Positions 42,021-51,831 of a stretch of 64,000 nucleotides of DNA are shown in pieces. A program made the position numbers and the translations under genes. The stretch comes from a virus. The stretch lies in IMG/VR virus record IMGVR_UViG_3300050014_000619; one strand, written 5' to 3'. The stretch's first letter is position 1; each line of letters begins with the position of its first letter. The notes beneath the pieces were generated by a model. The model searched no databases. It worked only from the letters and a program-made list of their open reading frames with translations, and was not told the origin of the DNA.

Positions 42021-42787
42021 AAGTATTAGTAATAGGTGATGGTTGCAAGGATGTGTTTCAATACGGAAAGTGTGAGAGGTTGAGTCCAGAAGCTCCAGTA
42101 CCAGTATTCAAACCAATAAAAGTTAAGAATAATGGTGGTATGGCAATGAACGTTTATGCAAATCTCATGGCATTGGGTGTTAATTGCGATATTATTACTG
42201 ATAGTGGCATAACTAAAACTCGTTATGTTGATGAAACCAGTAATCAAATGTTACTTAGGGTAGATGAAAATGATGAGATTCAGCCAATGAGTTTTGAAGA
42301 CCTTAAAGCAATTGGTCTTAATGAATATGATGCCGTGGTAATTAGTGATTACAATAAAGGATTTCTTACCGAAGATATTATCGTGTATCTTGCTGAAAAT
42401 CATCATATGGTATTCATGGACACAAAAAAAGAACTACATACATGGTGTAAAGATATTTTCTGTATTAAAATCAATCAAAAGGAATATGATAAAAACATCC
42501 ATGCATTACAATGGTATTATAAATATAATTTGGTTGTAACTGCAGGTGCAAAGGGTGCAATGTATTCAAATAAAAGCCAGAGAATAGCACCGTATTTAAT
42601 TCCAATCACCGAAGATCATCCTGTAAGGGATTTAAGCGGTGCTGGTGACACTTTCTTAGCTGCATTAGCAGCGAAGTATCTGGAAACCCAAGACATGGTA
42701 AAAGCCGTGGAATTCGCTAATAAATGTAGTGCATGGGTAGTTACTCAAAGAGGCGTAGTTGTAGTTGACAGGTATAAAATACAATAA
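42017..42787 (+). CDS. hldA: heptose-7-phosphate kinase (RfaE domain I, PfkB family)
   Basis: RLSPEAPVPV, GGMA.NV..NL, ISDYNKG, DLSGAGDTF. Confidence 0.88.
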   Translation: MKVLVIGDGCKDVFQYGKCERLSPEAPVPVFKPIKVKNNGGMAMNVYANLMALGVNCDIITDSGITKTRYVDETSNQMLLRVDENDEIQPMSFEDLKAIGLNEYDAVVISDYNKGFLTEDIIVYLAENHHMVFMDTKKELHTWCKDIFCIKINQKEYDKNIHALQWYYKYNLVVTAGAKGAMYSNKSQRIAPYLIPITEDHPVRDLSGAGDTFLAALAAKYLETQDMVKAVEFANKCSAWVVTQRGVVVVDRYKIQ

Positions 42788-43925
42788 GATGAAAATAATT
42801 ACAAGGGAAGAAGCAAAAAAAATTGGTCAGAAATGGTATTTTACTGGCGAACCTTGTAAAAATGGACATGTTGATAAGAGATATGTGAACACTGATATTT
42901 GTTATACATGTAAACGAATTCAAAATAAAAAACAAACTAATGAAAATCGTAAATTAACTTTGATTTGTAAAAAATGCCAAAAAGAATTTAATGTACCGAC
43001 TTGGGAAAAAGACAGACAATATTGCTCAAAGAAATGTCAATTAGAAGCAATAGAGAAGGGTGATTCACGAACAACATCGAATTGTTTAGTTTGTGGTAAA
43101 GAGTTTAAGCATTATGGCGAAAGAATTGTGTGTTCCAGAAAATGTTTAAGCACATACATGAGTCAACAGAGGTTAAATGAAAATAATCCTGCGTGGATTG
43201 ACGATAAAGAAAATAGAATTTGTGAGGGTTGTGGTGAAAAGTTCGAATACACAAGAAGAAATCTACATAAAGGACAGGAAAGAGTGTTTTGTTCATTGGA
43301 TTGTTCGAGAAATAATGGTAATAATAAAGAATTTACTACTAATATTAATGGTGGTCATAAATATTCGTTTGGATTTAATAAGAAATTAAAAAATAAGATT
43401 AAAAAAAGAGATAATAATTGTTGTCAACTATGTGGTGCGACTGAAGATTTACACGTACATCATATTGATTATAATAAGAAAAATAAGGACGAAAATAATT
43501 TAATAACCTTATGTAGAAGATGCCACAACATCACCAATTATAATAGAGAGTTTTGGAGTATGGTTTTTATTGGGTTAAGTTCAAATTCCAAGATAGTTAA
43601 GAAGGGGTGGGGATTGGAAATACATTTAGTTAATAACGATAAGTATTGTTTGAAATACTTGGTTTTTTTTAAGGGAAAGAAGTTTAGCTGGCATAAACAC
43701 ATATTAAAGCAAGAACTATGGTTTTGTATGTGGGGTAGTTTTGAATGTGTGCTGAATACTGAAGACAATGAATTTTTCGATTACTTTAAATTCAAAGCAG
43801 GTGATAAGATTGAAATTAAACCGAATATGGAACATCAGTTAATGGCTTTATCAAATTCAATTATTGTTGAAGTTTCAACAACAGATTTTCCAGAAGATTC
43901 AATAAGAATAGAGAAAGGAGATTAA
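42765..43925 (+). CDS. HNH endonuclease fused in frame to a C-terminal cupin (likely start 42789)
   Basis: PCKNGH module, zinc-ribbon repeats, RD..CQLCG...VHHID...N...NL..LC..CH; then KKGWG.E...NN.KYC...FSWHKH..K.E cupin. Confidence 0.75.
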   Translation: MTGIKYNKMKIITREEAKKIGQKWYFTGEPCKNGHVDKRYVNTDICYTCKRIQNKKQTNENRKLTLICKKCQKEFNVPTWEKDRQYCSKKCQLEAIEKGDSRTTSNCLVCGKEFKHYGERIVCSRKCLSTYMSQQRLNENNPAWIDDKENRICEGCGEKFEYTRRNLHKGQERVFCSLDCSRNNGNNKEFTTNINGGHKYSFGFNKKLKNKIKKRDNNCCQLCGATEDLHVHHIDYNKKNKDENNLITLCRRCHNITNYNREFWSMVFIGLSSNSKIVKKGWGLEIHLVNNDKYCLKYLVFFKGKKFSWHKHILKQELWFCMWGSFECVLNTEDNEFFDYFKFKAGDKIEIKPNMEHQLMALSNSIIVEVSTTDFPEDSIRIEKGD

Positions 43926-43928
43926 ATA

Positions 43929-44216
43929 ATGATATATTTTGTTGATATTGATGGTACAATATGTACAACGGTTGGTGGTTATGCTAATGCAAAACCAATA
44001 CCTGAAAATATTATAAAAATAAATAAACTTTTCGATGAAGGTCATACAATTATTTATTGGACTGCAAGAGGTAAAGTGACTGGATTAAATTGGACAGAAC
44101 TTACAGCGCAACAATTAAATGATTGGGGTTGTCGTTATCATGATGTTGTGATGAATTCAAAACCCGCCTATGATTATATCATTGACGATAAAGCTAAAAG
44201 AATAGAAGAAATATGA
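43929..44216 (+). CDS. small HAD phosphatase (capsule-biosynthesis type)
   Basis: FVDIDGTIC, WTARG, KP.YD..IDDK. Confidence 0.75.
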   Translation: MIYFVDIDGTICTTVGGYANAKPIPENIIKINKLFDEGHTIIYWTARGKVTGLNWTELTAQQLNDWGCRYHDVVMNSKPAYDYIIDDKAKRIEEI

Positions 44217-44632
44217 ACATTTGGACTAATGGATGTTTTGACATCATACATACTGGACACATTGAATTACTGTGGTTTGCCAAGAATTATCTCAGTGGTA
44301 TTAAATCATATCAAATAAATAAATTATTTGTTGGTCTTGACAGTGATGAACGTGTAAGACGATTGAAGGGTGGTAATCGACCAATTAATGACATTAACAC
44401 CAGATTAACAATAATGAAGAATCTCAGAATGGTGAACGATGTATTTATATTTGATACTGATGATGAGTTACGTAACTTGGTTAAATATTGCAATATCGAC
44501 ATAATGATTGTCGGTGATCAATATAAAAACAAAGAAGTAATTGGACATGAAAATTCAAAGTACGGGGTGGTTTATTATCCTGTAGATATGAGGTCAACAA
44601 CAAATATTATTGAAAAAATAAAAAACTTATGA
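44213..44632 (+). CDS. hldC: heptose-1-phosphate adenylyltransferase / cytidylyltransferase family (RfaE domain II)
   Basis: TNGCFDIIHTGH, GLDSD..V.RLKG..RPI, STT.II. Confidence 0.82.
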   Translation: MNIWTNGCFDIIHTGHIELLWFAKNYLSGIKSYQINKLFVGLDSDERVRRLKGGNRPINDINTRLTIMKNLRMVNDVFIFDTDDELRNLVKYCNIDIMIVGDQYKNKEVIGHENSKYGVVYYPVDMRSTTNIIEKIKNL

Positions 44633-45537
44633 TAGTAGTAACAGGTGCAGAAGGATTTATAGGTAAAAATCTTGTAAAGAAATTACAAGCGGAAGGTAAT
44701 ATTGGTGTGGTCGGTCTTGACACAAAAAATGAATCACTGGAATCAATATATAGCTGGTTATTAATCAATATTAAAGAAATTGACTGTATATATCATCTGG
44801 GTGCAATTACTGATACAATGGAAATGGATAGGCAAAAGTTTGATACTTATAACGTTGAAAGTACAATATTTATTTGGAATTTATGCACTGAATATCAAAT
44901 ACCGTTAATTTATGCCAGTAGTGCAGCAACATATGGCGATGGTGAACAGGGTTTCGATGATGAAAAAGACATACTTAATTTAGAACCTCTGAATCCTTAT
45001 GGCTGGTCAAAACAGCAATTTGACGTTTGGGTAGAAGGTACTTTTAAACAACCACCATTTTGGTATGGACTGAAATTTTTTAATGTATATGGTCACGGTG
45101 AAGTACATAAGGGCAAAATGGCTTCAATGGTATATCATATGTTTAATCAGATTGATGACACAAAAAGAGTCAGATTATTTAAATCGCATCGTCCTGATTA
45201 TGGTCATGGCGAACAAAAACGAGATTTCGTTTACGTAGATGATATCGTAGACGTTTGTTTATTTTTATATAAGAAAAAACCCAATTCGGGAATATATAAT
45301 GTCGGCACAGGAAAAGCACGTAGTTTTAATGATCTTGCCACAGCAGTTTTCATGGCACTTGGATATGAGAAAAAGATTACGTATATTGACACGCCAATTA
45401 TTATCAGAGACAAATATCAGTATTTCACTGAGGCTAAGATAAATAAGTTAAGGCATGCTGGTTATGATAAACCATTTCATGAACTGGAAGAAGGTGTTTT
45501 TAAGTATATAAATAAATTAAAATATGAAAATCGCTAA
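44629..45537 (+). CDS. hldD: ADP-L-glycero-D-manno-heptose 6-epimerase
   Basis: VTGAEGFIG, YASSAATYG, PLNPYGWSK, LKFFNVYG..E.HKG.MAS, KYQYFT.A. Confidence 0.92.
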   Translation: MIVVTGAEGFIGKNLVKKLQAEGNIGVVGLDTKNESLESIYSWLLINIKEIDCIYHLGAITDTMEMDRQKFDTYNVESTIFIWNLCTEYQIPLIYASSAATYGDGEQGFDDEKDILNLEPLNPYGWSKQQFDVWVEGTFKQPPFWYGLKFFNVYGHGEVHKGKMASMVYHMFNQIDDTKRVRLFKSHRPDYGHGEQKRDFVYVDDIVDVCLFLYKKKPNSGIYNVGTGKARSFNDLATAVFMALGYEKKITYIDTPIIIRDKYQYFTEAKINKLRHAGYDKPFHELEEGVFKYINKLKYENR

Positions 45538-46204
45538 CATTATTTATGAAGAAGAACTGGTAAATCATACTAAATCTGACTACATTAATTATATTAATGC
45601 TAAAACTGAGTATAGTAAACTACAAGAACTCTGGGAAGCAGAAAACATTCATGAAGCAGCACCACCGTATCGTATAATGCCGACATTATATGTAGGTTGG
45701 TCATTCATGAAAGACTGTAATCCTGACAACCCAATCATTCAGAATGCTGATATTTTACGTAAGAAAATCATTGCCAATGAATTATATTGGGAATGTAGTT
45801 TTGCTGAAAGCAAGTCTTCACACGTCAAAGGTGTTGATAATTTTGTGAAGTTAGCACCACAATTTTATTTTCAACCAAAATTCACATACATAAATTTAGA
45901 CCCTGTTTTCTTTCAAATAGTTGATGTTCAAGGATTAATGGATGTACTTCCAAAAGAAATTAACATGATGTATAATTTCAAAAATGAAATGTTATACATT
46001 CTCCATGAAGATAAAATCACTGGTATTAACTTAAAAATGTATGAGTATTTTAAATTCGATACTAAGGAAATTATTGAAAGAATTATAGAAAGATCAGAAA
46101 CCTCATACGAAGACCCGCAAGGAATCTTCTATCAAGATCAATATAAAATATTTCCCAACTATCCTTATCTCAAAAGATATCTAATCGTAATATTGTCAAA
46201 TTGA
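45524..46204 (+). CDS. hypothetical protein
   Basis: ORF coupled to hldD. Confidence 0.6.
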   Translation: MKIANIIYEEELVNHTKSDYINYINAKTEYSKLQELWEAENIHEAAPPYRIMPTLYVGWSFMKDCNPDNPIIQNADILRKKIIANELYWECSFAESKSSHVKGVDNFVKLAPQFYFQPKFTYINLDPVFFQIVDVQGLMDVLPKEINMMYNFKNEMLYILHEDKITGINLKMYEYFKFDTKEIIERIIERSETSYEDPQGIFYQDQYKIFPNYPYLKRYLIVILSN

Positions 46205-46240
46205 ACATAACGTAGTATTTATATAAAAATTATAAATGCT

Positions 46241-46423
46241 ATGGAAGATAAACTAAAAAATGCGCTTGATAATTTTGTCGATCAACCAGAAGATCAGGTT
46301 GAAAAAACAAAAGTCGATAACGAGAAAAAAGTCATCTTAAATAAAAGAGAAGGCTTGATCGAACGTGTTGATAAAGTATTTGTTACCGAAGATGGTCGTC
46401 AATTATTGAGAGAACAATACTAA
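46241..46423 (+). CDS. small hypothetical protein
   Basis: Upstream GTATTTAT motif. Confidence 0.6.
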   Translation: MEDKLKNALDNFVDQPEDQVEKTKVDNEKKVILNKREGLIERVDKVFVTEDGRQLLREQY

Positions 46424-46431
46424 TAACTCAT

Positions 46432-47187
46432 TTGACAATGAAAGATGAAAAGAAGTCAAATCTTTTTGAGGAACATCTCAGGAAGATAAAGTTTCGTACT
46501 GACTATAAAATCAACGAAACCGCCAAATATAAGTATCAGCCTATGGGTGAGGAATTTGACAAAGTTCCAACTAATGAGGCTGGTGATCAAGAAGATGCTC
46601 CCAAACCAGAAGGTGAACAACCCCCTGCACCAACAAACGATCAACCACTTGGTGCTGAAGCACCTGTACCTGCTTTTGATAAAACAGGCGGTGAGAGTCA
46701 ATTACCACCTGAAGGCGCAGAAGGTGCTGCACCAGCAAATCCTATGGGTGATGATATGAATACAGACCCTAATACTCCACCAATGGGTGGTGGAATGGGT
46801 GCTCCAGACCCTTCACAGCAAGTCGATACACTTCAAAATGATATTATTAAACACAATATCGAAGCAATGAAGAGTATTCATGATAAGCTCGAAAGTCTTG
46901 ACAGTACTGTAGCTGGATTAAATGCGCAATTAAATACGCTTAATTCCACCGTTGAAGAAGTTCGTGAACCCACAAATAGTGAAAAACTCATGAGTAAAAA
47001 AAACGTTAGCTACCCTTTTTATTTTAATTTGAACGATTTTTGGACGGGTAATTGGTTCAATGAGAGTAGAACAAAGGAACATGAAAAAGGAATAAATGAA
47101 TTACCCGATGGTACATTTGTTGCAGATTTTGATGATTTACCTCAGAAATCCAAGATTGATGTACAAAATAGTTTTAATGACATTTAA
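46432..47187 (+). CDS. hypothetical protein with P/G-rich linker and coiled coil
   Basis: ORF composition. Confidence 0.6.
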   Translation: MTMKDEKKSNLFEEHLRKIKFRTDYKINETAKYKYQPMGEEFDKVPTNEAGDQEDAPKPEGEQPPAPTNDQPLGAEAPVPAFDKTGGESQLPPEGAEGAAPANPMGDDMNTDPNTPPMGGGMGAPDPSQQVDTLQNDIIKHNIEAMKSIHDKLESLDSTVAGLNAQLNTLNSTVEEVREPTNSEKLMSKKNVSYPFYFNLNDFWTGNWFNESRTKEHEKGINELPDGTFVADFDDLPQKSKIDVQNSFNDI

Positions 47188-47190
47188 ATT

Positions 47191-47634
47191 TTGAAAGTTT
47201 TTAACTCATATGGTACGCCTGAAAGACTCTTTGAAATGATGAGAAGAGTAAATAATCTCAATGAAGATATTCTTCCAGTAGAGAAGAAAAATGAGGTTAT
47301 CAAGCAATTTATTGAATTTCTTAAAGAGAAACTGGAATTCGATGATATGCCGAAGATCACGATATCATATGATGGTAAAGAAGCAGCATCAATGCATTCT
47401 TTTGGTAAATATACACCAGAGAATAATACATTAAGGGTTGTTGCAGCAAATAGGAATTTAGCAGACGTATTGAGAACATTAGCACATGAAATAATACATC
47501 ATAAACAAAATAAAGAGGGAAAATTAAACCCGAACTCAAGTGAAACAGGCAGTGATATGGAAAACGAAGCAAATGCACTGGCTGGAGTATTCATGAGAGA
47601 GTTTGGTGCTAAGAACCCAATAATTTTCGAATAA
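47191..47634 (+). CDS. HExxH zinc-metallopeptidase-like protein
   Basis: LRTLAHEIIHHKQ...ENEANALAG. Confidence 0.65.
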   Translation: MKVFNSYGTPERLFEMMRRVNNLNEDILPVEKKNEVIKQFIEFLKEKLEFDDMPKITISYDGKEAASMHSFGKYTPENNTLRVVAANRNLADVLRTLAHEIIHHKQNKEGKLNPNSSETGSDMENEANALAGVFMREFGAKNPIIFE

Positions 47635-47644
47635 TAATAAAGAT

Positions 47645-50176
47645 ATGAAGATACTTACACAAGTCGGTAGCAAAGAAAGATTCCTTGAAATGTTTCAAAG
47701 AGTCAATAAAATTAGTTTAAATGAGGACATGGTTGCTGGTACAGGCGAAGGTCTCAGTCTTGCTGAGAGAATGTTCGATGAATTAATGAATGGTAAACTT
47801 AATATAAAACAAACCAACAGTCAAGGTGAAGGCAACAATACTTTTGTAGAACTTGCTGGTACTGATGAAGCTGGTACTCAGATCGTATTTAGATTCAGAG
47901 TAACCGCAACACAAGGTGATCAGGATGGCGTATTAAACGTTGAAAGCGCAACACTTGAATCACTTAAGGTTGGTGACAATGAAATACCAGAAGAATCAAA
48001 TGAAATTAAGAAATTAAATGCTGAAAAAGGTCGTCAGATGATCGATATTGTTGGTAAAAGCGCAAGCGACAACAGCGAAGAAAATCCTGATTTATATGAA
48101 GAGGCAATAAAGAAAATTGATTCATATCCTTTCGGTGGAACTCCAGAAAGAATGCAGACCAATGCAGCATATGGTGATGAAAAACCAACAAATCCTGCAG
48201 TAAGAGTTAAAGCTCCTGTATTACAAAAGTTTGCTCCTGAAGGTATTATGGAAGAAGCAGGTGTTGATGAAATGTCAACAGTAAGAAAAGTAGGAAATAT
48301 TAATCCAGACACGCATAAAATAGTATTGGTTCATTTATGGTCAGGTGCAGCAAGTGGTGTTAAAGTTGCAATGTTTGTTAAAAAAGAAGAAAGTAATGCT
48401 GTCGCACCAGAAGGTACAGAAAGCATATGGACGTTATATTCAAAAAGACCAATGAGCTTTGTTAACCCTGAAATTCTTAAAAATCCAGAGGTTGCATTTC
48501 TTGAAGGACAAGCAGCAAAACAGTTTCTTACAGAACAAGGTTATAAAGTTAATCAAGTAAATAAAACAATTGTTAAAACTGGCGTTCAGGAAGAAACAAT
48601 GGGTGACGATGACATGCAAGGTCAAGAACTTCAACGTTTTAATCAAGAAATAAATACACCACAGAATCCAGAAGAAGTTGGTACTGAAGTCGAAGACGAA
48701 CCAATACCAGAAGCAACTGAAGAAGAAAAACAAAAAATATGGGCAGCATGTGATGCAGTTATACAAAAAAGTGGAAAACCTGATTATATGCCAACATCTG
48801 ATGAAGTTATGGCTGAACTTGGTGGCAAAAAAGCACCTACTCCAAAAAGTCGTACATATTCTGATGCTGAAGAATTTTTTACAGAAGGCGAACATTCACC
48901 AGAATTCTATCAGGCAATTGAGGTAGGTAGGCAAGCAGTTATAAGGCAAGCAGCAGATATTGTTGATCAGAAACTCGGTGCAAATAAAGATAATGTACCG
49001 CATGATAAATATATTATGCTTGTTCAGGATGAAATAAATAAGATCATGCAGGAACGTAGTCTTGCAGTACGTAATGAATGCATGAATGAAGAAGAGGCTA
49101 CAAAAAGCGATTATCCTGATCAATTAGGTAAGAAGTTCAAGCCCAAAGAACATTATCCAAAGAAAAAAAGAAAACCACAAAGCACTGTTAAGCTGAGTGA
49201 AAATGATGTTGAGGATGATTTCGAAATTCCTGATTTGGATGTTCCTGCTGATAAAAAAGCACATAAACAGGCAAATATTGATATGCGTCCTGAATTTGGA
49301 AAATCAATGGAAGATACTAAATTTCAACAAGTAGCTGAAAAAGAAGAAATTGAAGTACCAGCAGAGAATGTTGAAGTACAAACAGGTGATGATCAAATAT
49401 CACATCAACCAATGGATGACGAACCAGAAGGTAGTGAAGAATTAAATGTAAGTGTACCAGCAGGAGAAATGAATGGCGAAAATAATCCACATGAACCAGA
49501 AGCTGAAGAAATGGAAGATATTGCACAGGATAAAGAAGAAGCTGGTGAACAGATACCCGGTGGTAAAGGTGAAGGAAAATCACCATTGGATTTTGATTCA
49601 GAACAAGTATTAATGGGTATGAGAGTTGAAATGGAACATACTGATGACCCAATGATTGCATTGGAAATCACATTAGATCATCTTACTGAAGACCCAGAAT
49701 ATTATACAGTTGGTGACGAAAATCCAGAAGATTCTGCACAACAGAATGCAGCAATGGATGCTGAGAAGTACGGTGAAACTGGTGATGATGAAGAAAAAGA
49801 AAAAACCGATGTTCTACTTGGATTTAAACCTCATAATGTAGGTGATGAAGCTGATTCACAAGAAATACCTGAACCATCAGATTCAGATGCATCAGATGAG
49901 CCAGCAGGAGAAGAAACACCAGAGGAAACTCCCGAAGAACCTGAAGAAAAAGAAGAAGAACCTGAAGAAAGTCCAGAAGAAAAAGAAGAAAAGAAAAAAG
50001 ACGAACCTGACGAAAATGAAGGACTTTACGAAGAAAATAAAAAAATAAATAAATTAATTACTGAAGAGCAAGTTAAAATAGCAAAACAGACATTAAGTAA
50101 TAGGAATGTTCCAACTGGAATGACTAAAAAAGAAGCTGTACAGATTTTAATTAAGAGCAATATGAAAATTCTTTAA
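47645..50176 (+). CDS. large acidic protein with DUF5661-like module
   Basis: EQV.MG..VEMEHTDDP.IA.EI.LDHL.EDP.YY near 49594-49710. Confidence 0.55.
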   Translation: MKILTQVGSKERFLEMFQRVNKISLNEDMVAGTGEGLSLAERMFDELMNGKLNIKQTNSQGEGNNTFVELAGTDEAGTQIVFRFRVTATQGDQDGVLNVESATLESLKVGDNEIPEESNEIKKLNAEKGRQMIDIVGKSASDNSEENPDLYEEAIKKIDSYPFGGTPERMQTNAAYGDEKPTNPAVRVKAPVLQKFAPEGIMEEAGVDEMSTVRKVGNINPDTHKIVLVHLWSGAASGVKVAMFVKKEESNAVAPEGTESIWTLYSKRPMSFVNPEILKNPEVAFLEGQAAKQFLTEQGYKVNQVNKTIVKTGVQEETMGDDDMQGQELQRFNQEINTPQNPEEVGTEVEDEPIPEATEEEKQKIWAACDAVIQKSGKPDYMPTSDEVMAELGGKKAPTPKSRTYSDAEEFFTEGEHSPEFYQAIEVGRQAVIRQAADIVDQKLGANKDNVPHDKYIMLVQDEINKIMQERSLAVRNECMNEEEATKSDYPDQLGKKFKPKEHYPKKKRKPQSTVKLSENDVEDDFEIPDLDVPADKKAHKQANIDMRPEFGKSMEDTKFQQVAEKEEIEVPAENVEVQTGDDQISHQPMDDEPEGSEELNVSVPAGEMNGENNPHEPEAEEMEDIAQDKEEAGEQIPGGKGEGKSPLDFDSEQVLMGMRVEMEHTDDPMIALEITLDHLTEDPEYYTVGDENPEDSAQQNAAMDAEKYGETGDDEEKEKTDVLLGFKPHNVGDEADSQEIPEPSDSDASDEPAGEETPEETPEEPEEKEEEPEESPEEKEEKKKDEPDENEGLYEENKKINKLITEEQVKIAKQTLSNRNVPTGMTKKEAVQILIKSNMKIL

Positions 50177-50198
50177 TTAATTGTAAGAATTACCGAAT

Positions 50199-50226
50199 AA
50201 AAAGGCTGCCAAGTGTAGCCTTTTTT
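50199..50226 (+). terminator. intrinsic terminator
   Basis: aaaaggctgc-caagt-gtagcctttt. Confidence 0.75.
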
Positions 50227-50256
50227 GTTTCAGGGGTATTTATATAGAAAAACAGT

Positions 50257-51696
50257 ATGTCAATCTTTAGATCATATTTCTCAAAGAATAATACGTTGAT
50301 AGAAAATAATCTATCTAACAATTCACAGAACCCCGTTACTGAGATATCTTATGGCACAGCCAATAAGCAGGTAAGTAGGTTTATTTTTGACGTGGATTTA
50401 ACTGACATACAAAAAAGAATTTCTGAAGGGTTTATTAATCCCAATAGAATTACTAAGCATGTGTTACATATGACCAATACAATACAGCATGCACAGCAGT
50501 ATATTGGAAAGAAATCATATAGCTTGAACATTGACAGAGCAAGCAGTTTCAAATTGGAATTATTTAATGTTAATCAGTCTTGGGATGAAGGTAGTGGTTA
50601 CGTATTTGAATATAATCAAGGTGCGCTGGGTTTTCCATATGTCGATACAATCAATCCAACACTAATTCCTCAAGCATCCAACTGGTCAGCCAGAACAACT
50701 ACAAGTGGCTGGACAAAACAAGGTGCATATATAAGTGGTGTAACACAAATTATTGGTTCACAGGATTTCGATAAAGGTAGTGAAGATATTTTAATTGATC
50801 TTACTGATTATATAAATCAAAGATTATTTAGTGGATACACTGGTACAACAGCATATACTGGTAGTTCATTTGGTCTGGGAATTAAATTTCCTGATAATTT
50901 TGAAGCACTTTATACTGAATTCAGACAGGCAGTAGCATTTCATGCAAAGCATACCAATACATTCTACGAGCCATACATTGAAACAACAATTGACGATACT
51001 ATCACTGATGACAGAAATTATTTCTATCAGGATAAAGATAATGATTTGTTCCTTTATGTTAATATTGGTGGTTTTCCACAGAACATCGTGGTTAATAAGG
51101 TTGATATATATGACTACGAAGATAATCTTATCAGTACATTAAGCGGTAGCTCAATTACAAACGTTAATAAAGGCATATATAAAATCAAATATAATGTTGA
51201 TTCACAAACATATCCAGACGCAGTGCTATTCCGTGATATTTGGACTGTAACTATTAATAGTAAAACTTTTACATACGAAGGTGAATTTTATTTAATATCA
51301 CCAGAAAGGTATTATACTTTTAATCAATCAAATCAAATAAATTTCGATAATTACTATTTTTATTTCTGGGGTATTGGTGAGAAAGAAAATCTCAGACCGA
51401 ATATAGTTAAAAAAATCAAGCTAACCATTAAAGAACTCTATGCAAATCAAAATAATTTCTTACCTTTGGAGATTGAATATAGATTATTCACTACAATAGG
51501 AAGTAAATACGAATTAGATTTGATACCATTTACAGCAGTTAACAGAACCAATGCAGGTTATGAGTTTAATCTTGATACATCATGGTTGATTCCACAGGAT
51601 TATTATTTACAAATTAGGTTGAAGAACGGTGATTATTATGAGAACAAACAGACACTTGCTTTCACTGTTGTTTCAGATGGAATTCTGAATCAATAA
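50257..51696 (+). CDS. putative virion structural protein
   Basis: Beta-rich S/T/G/Y protein with upstream GTATTTAT motif. Confidence 0.5.
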   Translation: MSIFRSYFSKNNTLIENNLSNNSQNPVTEISYGTANKQVSRFIFDVDLTDIQKRISEGFINPNRITKHVLHMTNTIQHAQQYIGKKSYSLNIDRASSFKLELFNVNQSWDEGSGYVFEYNQGALGFPYVDTINPTLIPQASNWSARTTTSGWTKQGAYISGVTQIIGSQDFDKGSEDILIDLTDYINQRLFSGYTGTTAYTGSSFGLGIKFPDNFEALYTEFRQAVAFHAKHTNTFYEPYIETTIDDTITDDRNYFYQDKDNDLFLYVNIGGFPQNIVVNKVDIYDYEDNLISTLSGSSITNVNKGIYKIKYNVDSQTYPDAVLFRDIWTVTINSKTFTYEGEFYLISPERYYTFNQSNQINFDNYYFYFWGIGEKENLRPNIVKKIKLTIKELYANQNNFLPLEIEYRLFTTIGSKYELDLIPFTAVNRTNAGYEFNLDTSWLIPQDYYLQIRLKNGDYYENKQTLAFTVVSDGILNQ

Positions 51697-51831
51697 ATTT
51701 TGTAATATTTTATAAAATAGTCTGGCTTCCCTTGTTTATTTTTAAAATTTCTTGTATTTATAGTAAATGAAGGCTATATTTGTAGCACAATTTTACAATT
51801 GAAAAATAACTTTACTGTAAATTAAATTAAA

